From the NCBI GenBank assembly GCA_036676395.1, contig JAKFCY010000003.1, positions 384,001 to 448,000 of the forward strand: a stretch of DNA of 64,000 nt. The letters are read 5' to 3'. The stretch comes from Bdellovibrio sp. GTDB lineage: Bacteria > Bdellovibrionota > Bdellovibrionia > Bdellovibrionales > Bdellovibrionaceae. The translations under genes were made by a program, and so were the position numbers. The notes under the pieces are model-generated. The model saw only the letters and a program-made list of their open reading frames with translations. It had not been told where the DNA came from and did no database searches. Below are positions 52,668-60,832 of this stretch, one piece after another (the first letter of the stretch is position 1; each line of letters starts with the position of its first letter).

Positions 52668-53627
52668 TTACGGAGCCCACGCACGATACCAAAGTGCTCC
52701 ATCGCTTCCGCGCGCAAATACAAAGATGCGGGCATTACTGAAATCTCTGGCGTAAGTTGTAGCTCCGGGCCCAGAAGTGATTCCGCTATTATTCGGACTG
52801 CCAAGATTTACATTGGCTCCCCAGACGCCATTAATCCAAACTTTTTGAATGAGTGTATTGTTTGGAGCTCTGGCAAATAAATCCAGTGAACCTTGATAAC
52901 GGCTGACAATATCGGGTGAGCCGATCACAGAACCACTGCCGAGATAATTGTATGGATACCAAATTCCGCCTTCCATAAATCGGTGCATTAAAGTTCCAGT
53001 TGTGGCTCGGACTACTAAATCCAGTCGTCCTGCTGATTGTTGAATTGCCGCCGGGTCACTGTAGACAATCGGACTTACGGGTATCCAAGTTTTATCGTAG
53101 CAACTGTGGTCGGCTAACGAACAAGGTCTGTAATAAAGTGTATTGTTAGATCCTCGCGCAAAAAGTTGTGGCATTGATTGCCCATCATTTAATGAAGGTG
53201 AAGATAAACCAGATCCGATGGCTAATCTATTATTGGAAACTCCGTTAACTAACCATTTTGTCCAAGGCGTAAAATTGTTCAGGCCGGCGTGATATGTTTG
53301 ATAAAGGAATCCGTCATATCCTACAGCATAAGCTTCGAAATAATCTGCATCGCGATAGGCCCTACAAGCAACTGATGGTGAACCAGTAAATTGTCTTGTG
53401 CCGGGAATTCTTTTCCATTCATCCCAGATGCCTGTGCTTAATGTTCTCATTCGATACCACATAGCATAGTCAGTACCTTTAGCGACGATGAATGTTTTTC
53501 CGCGTGAAGTACAAGCTGCTGGGTCAGAAAGGATGCCGCCCCCCAAAGTAACCCACGGTGTCCACGCGGCGAAAGCTGGGGCTGCGAATAATATTATTGA
53601 AATTAAAAAATAAAAAAAACGAACCAT
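52668..53627 (-). CDS. Secreted PLL-like (DUF346-repeat) beta-propeller lectin
   Basis: Repeats W..LGG.I.SDPA...F.RG.D..L.W/H; signal peptide; GGAGG SD. Confidence 0.8.
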   Translation of the reverse strand: MVRFFYFLISIILFAAPAFAAWTPWVTLGGGILSDPAACTSRGKTFIVAKGTDYAMWYRMRTLSTGIWDEWKRIPGTRQFTGSPSVACRAYRDADYFEAYAVGYDGFLYQTYHAGLNNFTPWTKWLVNGVSNNRLAIGSGLSSPSLNDGQSMPQLFARGSNNTLYYRPCSLADHSCYDKTWIPVSPIVYSDPAAIQQSAGRLDLVVRATTGTLMHRFMEGGIWYPYNYLGSGSVIGSPDIVSRYQGSLDLFARAPNNTLIQKVWINGVWGANVNLGSPNNSGITSGPGATTYARDFSNARIFVFARGSDGALWYRAWAP

Positions 53628-53708
53628 ATAAACCTCCTGTTGTATTCGAATGGCATTCTGCCTCGAGATGTACAAAAGGTATTTAACAGCAAATTAAAGG
53701 CCCCGTTT

Positions 53709-54272
53709 TTAGAACGCCGAGCTTGATAAAGCTAGCGTGTGTTTTTTTAAATCTTTCGGCCAATCAGCAATAGCTTCTTTAAATTTGCCTTCATCTTGAC
53801 GGTATAAATAACGAATCGCATCTTCAAAATTATTTAAATCACCGGCGATTGAATTCAAAAATGTGTAAACACTTTCTTGCGTTTGTTTAATTTTATCTTT
53901 TGGCGTTGCCACTTTCATCTTTTCATCGACCAAGCGTCTAATCGTAGCTGATGCGCCCCCTGCTTGTGTTGAAAGCCATTCCCAGTGAATTGGCATAAGT
54001 GATATTTCACGGGGCTTCACGCCCATTTTAGGGCGACCTGCGCTGATGCTGGTTGTTGTCGTTTCAGCGGCTTTATAAACGTTTAATCTTTCGATCACGT
54101 CTTTGTCGGTGCCGCTGAGATCTAAATCCATTTGTTTACCAGACAGGTCACTGAAAATAAGAATGCGAGCCGTGGTTTCTTTTTTTAGATATTTTTTTGT
54201 GGCGATAGCCACGTCTTCGATATTGCCTTGGGCAATTAATTTAAAACCGTCGAATACTGTGTAATTAAACAT
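53709..54272 (-). CDS. DUF2239 family protein
   Basis: GRPKMGV..REISL.P.HWEWL..Q.GGASATIRRLVD, AGDL..FE.A.R.L. Confidence 0.85.
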   Translation of the reverse strand: MFNYTVFDGFKLIAQGNIEDVAIATKKYLKKETTARILIFSDLSGKQMDLDLSGTDKDVIERLNVYKAAETTTTSISAGRPKMGVKPREISLMPIHWEWLSTQAGGASATIRRLVDEKMKVATPKDKIKQTQESVYTFLNSIAGDLNNFEDAIRYLYRQDEGKFKEAIADWPKDLKKHTLALSSSAF

Positions 54273-54290
54273 AACTTACCTCGTAAATTT

Positions 54291-54340
54291 AATATTACCC
54301 GGATAAAATAGGATTGTCAATATTATCCGGGTAAAATAGG
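54291..54340 (-). promoter_or_regulatory. Sigma70 promoter flanked by twin palindromic operators TTAYCCGGRTAA
   Basis: AATATTACCCGGATAAAATAGG (54291-54312) and AATATTATCCGGGTAAAATAGG (54319-54340); minus-strand TTGACA (54320-54315), 17 nt, TAATAT (54297-54292). Confidence 0.75.
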
Positions 54341-54369
54341 TAAGCTGCTGAAAAGCTTAAGAAAAATTA

Positions 54370-54762
54370 TTATTTCTTTTTAAATAATGGCTTAATCGTC
54401 GCAGCATATGGTTGCGCGAAGAATGCTAGATACACTGTTAATAATCCTAACACGATAGCAATCGGTAAACCTTCTGGTTGTAAAAAAGCATGCACTAAAA
54501 AAATGTGGATCATGATAGGAGCCAGCACGACTAGCGCTAGAGGAACAAAGAATCCGCTCAGCAAGAACAAGCCACACACGACTTCAGTTAGCTTTAAAAA
54601 GGGCATAAAGTAAGTTGTCGCCATTAAACCCGTTGTGAAAGTTACAAGTTTTTCTGGTAGATCTGGTGGAACCGGTACTAAATTTAATAAACCGGCTAAG
54701 CCTGATGCGAACATCACAAGGCCAAGTAATATACGTGCGATTAATGGTAGTTTTGCTTTCAT
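54370..54762 (-). CDS. DoxX family membrane protein
   Basis: ARILLGLV...EVVCGLFLLSG.FVPLALVVLAPI; AGGAG SD. Confidence 0.85.
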   Translation of the reverse strand: MKAKLPLIARILLGLVMFASGLAGLLNLVPVPPDLPEKLVTFTTGLMATTYFMPFLKLTEVVCGLFLLSGFFVPLALVVLAPIMIHIFLVHAFLQPEGLPIAIVLGLLTVYLAFFAQPYAATIKPLFKKK

Positions 54763-54855
54763 GTGAAATACTCCTATATAACAATCGTTACATAGGAGTA
54801 CTTAATTTTGTATCAAATTTTCTATTCTTGTAATTTAGCAGTCACTCAGACAGAT

Positions 54856-55638
54856 TTATTTGGCGTTATTCTGTATTAGGCTTGGCGCAAAGCCGGGGCT
54901 TGTTACCGTATGACCAGAAAGTGATTCTTTGATTTTTACGGCTACGGCATCAGCCCAGTGATCTGCTAGAACGCCGCTGTAATGTAAGTTATCACTGCGA
55001 TTTGGTAAGATAGCCTTACCCTTTGCTTTAATTTCGCGGCTATCAATATAAGTACAGCGCTCTCGGACTGTTTCTTTTAAATTGTCGATGAAAGTTTGGA
55101 TTCTAGGTTGCCCGCATTTTTTTCCGACGACACCTATTGCAGGCTGTTCGGTTGGACCAACCCAAATGCATTTTGATTTTGATCGCAGCTGCGCTAAGAG
55201 TTCTTTAACCGCCGCCATTTGTTCAGTTTTATCTGTGATATTACATTTTGAGTATAAATCATTGGTACCAAGTGCGATCACGACTGTCGGTTCGGCACCT
55301 TGAAATAATTGGCTTGGCGTTGGAAAATCTTTTTTTGGAGCTTGGCCGTTTACCTGGCCGTCTCCATCACAGTAATAACCGATGTTTAATTTGCGAATAG
55401 TTGAGTTATCTTTTTTATTCCAGTGCTGAGCCGCTGCGCCGACAACACCATAACGTTTCACCGGAGATTTGCCTAAGACAAGCTCAAGATTTTTTTCTAA
55501 TCTTTGTCCAAAGGTGCCCACGGTGTGTGAATCGCCGATGTAGATCACGCGATCTGCAGACGCCGAATTCTGGCAAGCAAGGCTTTGTACCCCGCTAAGC
55601 CAGATCGTTAAACTAAGAAATATTTTTAAACTAGACAC
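54856..55638 (-). CDS. SGNH/GDSL hydrolase (exported)
   Basis: YIGDSH block I, LGTND block III, DNLH block V. Confidence 0.85.
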   Translation of the reverse strand: MSSLKIFLSLTIWLSGVQSLACQNSASADRVIYIGDSHTVGTFGQRLEKNLELVLGKSPVKRYGVVGAAAQHWNKKDNSTIRKLNIGYYCDGDGQVNGQAPKKDFPTPSQLFQGAEPTVVIALGTNDLYSKCNITDKTEQMAAVKELLAQLRSKSKCIWVGPTEQPAIGVVGKKCGQPRIQTFIDNLKETVRERCTYIDSREIKAKGKAILPNRSDNLHYSGVLADHWADAVAVKIKESLSGHTVTSPGFAPSLIQNNAK

Positions 55639-55640
55639 TT

Positions 55641-56474
55641 TTATAAATCAGTTAATTCGACTTGTAGATCAGTTGCCGGGTGATCTGAACCCTTATCGTG
55701 AATAAAGCGCGCACGATTGATTTTCATACCACGCGTGTAAGCATCATCTAGTTGTTTTTTCTTGATCGGGTTTTCCCACGGAACTTGTTTTAATCCCGCC
55801 GAAGCTAAGATACGTTTTGTTAAAGCAACGCGAGACGCATTTTTCGTGTTGAAATCACCAGCAAACACCACTGGTCCGTTATGCGCTTTGATTTCAGGTA
55901 AAATCATATTTAATTGGCGCTCTAAAGCCTCATCACCATCCCAGTTAATACCGTGAATGCTAATCGCTAATAATTTCTTAGCGCTTCCTGGTACGGCATA
56001 ATACGCAAGTACTGTTGCCTTAGGGCTTTTAACAAATGGTTCGATATCTTTTGTTCTGTAAAAATGAACATTATGCGGGCGCGCTGCCGAACCTAACACT
56101 GTGCCAGCGGCAATATCGTTTTTCATATCAAAAGATGCAGCTAAGTGCCATTCCCAGCCAGCAATTTTAAAGCTGTCAGAAACAGGCGATCCAGTTGTTG
56201 CTTCGGATAACATAATGAGATCTCTATTTTTTGCTAGTGCTGCAAAAGATTTTTTGTAGTCAGATTTTCTGCCTTTATAAATATTCCAAGAAAGGATGCT
56301 TAGCTTTGTTGAATTTAATGTTGGCAAAGAAGCTTGTCCCATTGAATGCATCACATTGGCATCATCAGGAATACTTTCGCATAAAAATGAACATGAGCCG
56401 TAACCCGAACCTGCTGACTGAGCCTGAGGAATTAAAATAAAAGATAGCAAAGACAGAAGTAATAATTTTTTCAT
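55641..56474 (-). CDS. Endonuclease/exonuclease/phosphatase family protein (exported)
   Basis: SWNIYKG, LSE, AGDFN, LD, GSDHP. Confidence 0.9.
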   Translation of the reverse strand: MKKLLLLSLLSFILIPQAQSAGSGYGSCSFLCESIPDDANVMHSMGQASLPTLNSTKLSILSWNIYKGRKSDYKKSFAALAKNRDLIMLSEATTGSPVSDSFKIAGWEWHLAASFDMKNDIAAGTVLGSAARPHNVHFYRTKDIEPFVKSPKATVLAYYAVPGSAKKLLAISIHGINWDGDEALERQLNMILPEIKAHNGPVVFAGDFNTKNASRVALTKRILASAGLKQVPWENPIKKKQLDDAYTRGMKINRARFIHDKGSDHPATDLQVELTDL

Positions 56475-56707
56475 ATACCCACCTAGTTGTTGTTCTAGGA
56501 GGCTTATCGTCTAGTGTTCTGAACGGCTTTAAACACTGAGAAAATGTAAATCTAATCCGCAGGACTAGACTATTTCAGAGACCTTTTGTTATGTCCCTTT
56601 TTGAGACTTGTTAAAATTCGCTCGGGGGCATTTTTGCCAGAGTTACCCAATGTAAAACAACTCCTACGACTAAAGCGCTGTCATGATAATTGCTCATTCG
56701 CCTCAGG

Positions 56708-57466
56708 ATGGAAAACGTGTGCGATTCAGTGAAGTTTGGTGTTTTTGCTTTTGCATTTTTTTTGCTCAGCTCTATAGCTAAAGCAGAAATGCCGCTAGCT
56801 ACTTCTGACTACCACAACCAGTACGAAATAAACTCTGAAACAGTGTATTTTTCTGACAGCAAATTGGTACAAAGTGATTTGCGCTTCTTGGTCGGCAGAA
56901 AGTTTGATACTTTTTCTAATCGCGATTTACGCTTAGCCGTCGGTGGTTACGGGCTTTATCAAGATTCTGAAGTTTTTGATTACAGTTATCGTCACGGTGC
57001 CGTTGCACAAGTGAAACTAAATCTTTTGCGTAACTGGTTATTTTTTGTTTACGAGTTTCATTATTTTATCACGCGCCATGATTCAGATTATCAAAATGAA
57101 AATCGTTTTGGTCTGTATGGTGGGTATTATTATCAGTTTAATGAGCGCAGTATTATGGATATCTATGCCGAAACTTTTCATATACCCGATATTTCGCGCG
57201 ATCATCCGCTAAGCACAGGGCGCGCAAGTATTTTTTGGGACACCAAACTTTTTGATTTTCATATCTTAGACTTGTTAACAGAAATTTATGCCAAAGATTC
57301 ACCGGCTAGTTGGGGCGGCTCGCGCACTGATTTACGTGTTGGTGTTAAGTTTCAGCCTTGGGATTTTTTTGCAGCTAAACTTTTTGTGCCCGTAGCTTCT
57401 AGCGAAGACGATGCGACTGGTGAATGGCAGGGGCAACTTAACATTTATAAAGTCGGAGATTTCTAA
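56708..57466 (+). CDS. Putative outer-membrane beta-barrel protein
   Basis: Signal peptide (IAKA), aromatic-rich amphipathic strands, terminal Phe; first gene of the GT2 operon. Confidence 0.65.
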   Translation: MENVCDSVKFGVFAFAFFLLSSIAKAEMPLATSDYHNQYEINSETVYFSDSKLVQSDLRFLVGRKFDTFSNRDLRLAVGGYGLYQDSEVFDYSYRHGAVAQVKLNLLRNWLFFVYEFHYFITRHDSDYQNENRFGLYGGYYYQFNERSIMDIYAETFHIPDISRDHPLSTGRASIFWDTKLFDFHILDLLTEIYAKDSPASWGGSRTDLRVGVKFQPWDFFAAKLFVPVASSEDDATGEWQGQLNIYKVGDF

Positions 57467-57469
57467 ATT

Positions 57470-58906
57470 ATGGAAAATACATGGATGATATTTTCTTATT
57501 TTATAATTTTTGCTGTTATGTTTTTTTGCATGGACGATTTATTTATCGATTTTATCGCGCTAGTTTTTAATTTAAAACCAAAAGCGATTTCAATGGATCA
57601 GCTTGCTAACATGCACAATATGCCACAAAAACGAATTGCGATTATGATCGCCAATTGGCATGAAGACGAGATCATCGAACGTATGATTCATGGCAATATT
57701 GGCCGTGTTGATTATATAAATTACGATATTTTCTTGGGCGTGTATCCAAACGATGTAGCTACCGTTGTCGCGGCTCAGCGGCTCGAGGCTGCTTATAGCC
57801 GAATCCATGTGGTAATCAATAGTAAGAATGGCCCATCGTCTAAAGGGCAAATGTTAAATGAAATTGTGCATCAGATTACGGTAAAAGAAATTCGCGATAA
57901 AAAAATCTACGATATTTTTATGCTTCACGACTCAGAAGATATTATTCATCCATTGGCGTTAAAATTAGTTAATTATGAAATGGATGCAGCCGACTTTTTA
58001 CAAACACCGGTATTTAGTTTGCCAACATGCTGGACTGATTTGACTAGAGCTATATATATAGATGAATTTACCGAAAGTCATACCAAAGACATGCTGGTGC
58101 GCAGTTTTTTAAAAGGCGGAGTTCCTTCGGCTGGTGTCGGCACTGCGATGTCACACTTATTTGTGTCTGAAATCAAACTTCTACAAAGCGGACAACTTTT
58201 AAAAGAAGACACACTAACCGAAGATTATCATTTAGGATTGATGGCCCAGCGTCTTGGTTATGAAAGTAAGTTTATCTGTAACTACGTTCAAAAAAAAAAT
58301 CGCATCGATTACATAGCCACGCGCGAATATTTTCCGGCATCGACAGCCACCTCGATTCGCCAAAAAGCACGTTGGGCTTTGGGAATCAGCTTTCAGGGTT
58401 ATGAGAATTTAAAATGGTCTAAAAATTTAACTGAAAACTATTTTTTATGGCGCGATCGCCGTAGTGTTTTAAATGCGATAGTTTTGGTGTTATCTTATTC
58501 ACTTACGTTATCTTATCTGAGTTATTATTTTATATCGGGCACATGGCCAAATTTTTTATTGAGCGACCATGTTTTGTTGAGCGTGCTGTCGTTAAATTTT
58601 TACTTGATGGCGATAAGACTGGTGCAACGTTATCGTTTAGTGTTTGAACTTAATGGTTTAAAATTGGCGTTATTAATTCCAGTTCGTTGGTTTTGGGCAA
58701 ATTATATTAATACCATGGCCTCATTCGAGGCGTTTAAGACCTATCGTGCCCACGTGAAAACCGGAACTCGCCCGCAGTGGGTTAAGACGGTTCATGAATT
58801 GCCAACTTTTTTCGGAGCTATAGCTGTTTCACCGCCGCAACTTCATATTGAAAATATAACAAATGAAATGACTTTAAAAAGCCAAACAACGGAGCAAACT
58901 TTATGA
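57470..58906 (+). CDS. NfrB-like GT2 polysaccharide synthase (phage N4 adsorption protein B family)
   Basis: DDLFID, GVYPND, GPSSK, LHDSED, YIDEF, VPSAGVGT, LTEDY, ATREYFP, RQKARW, FLWRDR, WVKT.HE.P. Confidence 0.88.
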   Translation: MENTWMIFSYFIIFAVMFFCMDDLFIDFIALVFNLKPKAISMDQLANMHNMPQKRIAIMIANWHEDEIIERMIHGNIGRVDYINYDIFLGVYPNDVATVVAAQRLEAAYSRIHVVINSKNGPSSKGQMLNEIVHQITVKEIRDKKIYDIFMLHDSEDIIHPLALKLVNYEMDAADFLQTPVFSLPTCWTDLTRAIYIDEFTESHTKDMLVRSFLKGGVPSAGVGTAMSHLFVSEIKLLQSGQLLKEDTLTEDYHLGLMAQRLGYESKFICNYVQKKNRIDYIATREYFPASTATSIRQKARWALGISFQGYENLKWSKNLTENYFLWRDRRSVLNAIVLVLSYSLTLSYLSYYFISGTWPNFLLSDHVLLSVLSLNFYLMAIRLVQRYRLVFELNGLKLALLIPVRWFWANYINTMASFEAFKTYRAHVKTGTRPQWVKTVHELPTFFGAIAVSPPQLHIENITNEMTLKSQTTEQTL

Positions 58907-60723
58907 AAAGAGCCATTATAAAATTAATTAAACATTTTACACTAATTTTGATGTTTCCTGCGATCACTCAGGCCGCTACAGATTGTGTACAAGTTTACTA
59001 TGATCGCGGCCCACAAGATTATTGGATTGGCCATGCCAACGCCGTATTCATGCAAAATCTTTTAGGCCACTTTCCGCACTTGCAGCAAGTTGTTGCACCG
59101 ATCGAAAAATATAAAAAAGGTGATTTAAATCGTTGTAAAGCCAGCGTTTATATTGGAACGCATTTTATGGCGCAAATCCCCGAAGATTTTCACACCGATT
59201 ATATCAACACAACCAAAAATGTTGCGTGGCTTGGATACAATATTTGGCGCAAGCCCGAAGTTTTAGAAAAAGTGTTTAACTATCGTTATAACCAATTAAC
59301 CACTTTGGACACGACCCGCCTGGATCAATCAGCAAAGCCCACCTATTTTAAATGGATTGATTATAAAGGAGAAAGATTTAAAAAATTCGGCGAATGGAGT
59401 GTGACGCCGCCGCGAATTTTTCATGCTCCTTTTGAAATGAGCGCGATATCACCACTAAATATGGTGAGCACACAAACACAAATATTAGCCGTCGCCGAAC
59501 ACAATGGAACAGGTGAAAGACTTCCTTATATTTTGCGCAATAAAAATCATTTCTATGTGGCCGATTCGGTATTTAGTTATATGCATGAATCAGATCGCTA
59601 TTTGGTGTTTTCAGATTTAATTTTTGATATTTTAGATGAAAAACCACGTCACAAGAAAAAGTTTGCAGTGATGCGCATCGAGGATGTGCATCCCTTAATT
59701 AGCAATGATGTGTTACAGTTAATCTCTAAAACTCTGAAAAAACTTGATATACCGATTAATATTTCGATCATTCCCTTTTATTACGATTCACTTAAGTATG
59801 ATGATCGTCCGGCCAAAGAAAGTTTTATGCCGGCCTCGCAACGCCCGAACTTTGTGTCTTGGATTAAAGATCTACAAGCCCAGAAAGCCACATTTATCTG
59901 GCACGGTATTACGCATCAGTACAGTAAACTTAAAAATCCGCATACCGGGGCTTCTGGTGATGATTTCGAGTTTTGGAATGCCCGCACAAATAAACCTATT
60001 GCTGAAGATAGCGCAAAGTACGTAGTTGATCGCATGTTTATTGGCTCGAAAGAGTTAAGCAAAGTAAATATCAAACCTTATATTTGGATCACCCCGCATT
60101 ATCAGGCCTCCGCATTAGATAATATTTTATTTTCATATCTGGTTCCCTGGTCTATGGGGCGCATGATTTATCAAAATTTTGAATTAAAAAGTCCAATGCC
60201 TGCGCATAACCGCAGTACCTGGTTTACAGATGGAGACGTGGCTAAGCAGAAGGCCCGCCAAGGTTATTTAGGTCATATTAAATTAGAAACAACTTCTCCA
60301 TGGAGCGGTCAATTATTTCCGTACGAAATTTACGGTGATGTTTATGGCCAGCGGGTGCTGCCTGAAAATTTAGGTAATGTACAACCCAAACAAAACGACC
60401 AAGTGGTGTTTCCGCGCACTGCCGATGAAATAATTGCCGATGCAAAAAGAAATTTAGTGCTTCGCGATGTGTGGGCTTCTTACTTCTATCATCCGTTTTT
60501 GTTTCAGACTCCCGAAACGCTTCTTCGTCCAGAACATTTGCCGGCAGGTCACCCGATCAAAACTCAAGCCGACTTTGATGGCGACACGCGTGAAATGGAG
60601 CGTGTGGTGCTGGAACTTAAAAAAATGGGCTACGAGTTTATCAACATCGAAGATTTCGCGAGACAAAATGTCGATGTGTTAAGACCCGAACCAAAAGTAA
60701 ATTGGGGCAATTCTTTAGAATAG
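58903..60723 (+). CDS. DUF2334-type exported polysaccharide deacetylase
   Basis: Signal peptide; MRIEDVHP, WHGITH, TPHYQAS, FPY..YGDVYGQ..LPENLG, SYFYHP. Confidence 0.82.
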   Translation: MKRAIIKLIKHFTLILMFPAITQAATDCVQVYYDRGPQDYWIGHANAVFMQNLLGHFPHLQQVVAPIEKYKKGDLNRCKASVYIGTHFMAQIPEDFHTDYINTTKNVAWLGYNIWRKPEVLEKVFNYRYNQLTTLDTTRLDQSAKPTYFKWIDYKGERFKKFGEWSVTPPRIFHAPFEMSAISPLNMVSTQTQILAVAEHNGTGERLPYILRNKNHFYVADSVFSYMHESDRYLVFSDLIFDILDEKPRHKKKFAVMRIEDVHPLISNDVLQLISKTLKKLDIPINISIIPFYYDSLKYDDRPAKESFMPASQRPNFVSWIKDLQAQKATFIWHGITHQYSKLKNPHTGASGDDFEFWNARTNKPIAEDSAKYVVDRMFIGSKELSKVNIKPYIWITPHYQASALDNILFSYLVPWSMGRMIYQNFELKSPMPAHNRSTWFTDGDVAKQKARQGYLGHIKLETTSPWSGQLFPYEIYGDVYGQRVLPENLGNVQPKQNDQVVFPRTADEIIADAKRNLVLRDVWASYFYHPFLFQTPETLLRPEHLPAGHPIKTQADFDGDTREMERVVLELKKMGYEFINIEDFARQNVDVLRPEPKVNWGNSLE

Positions 60724-60832
60724 CTAACTTTAGGTGATCGCCATGTGATCGCCGTCAGGCACAGACTTTGTAGAACAAGTAAAGCTTATCGACCCGTTAC
60801 TTTGTTAATTTTTGAACAAGAAAGAAGGAAGC

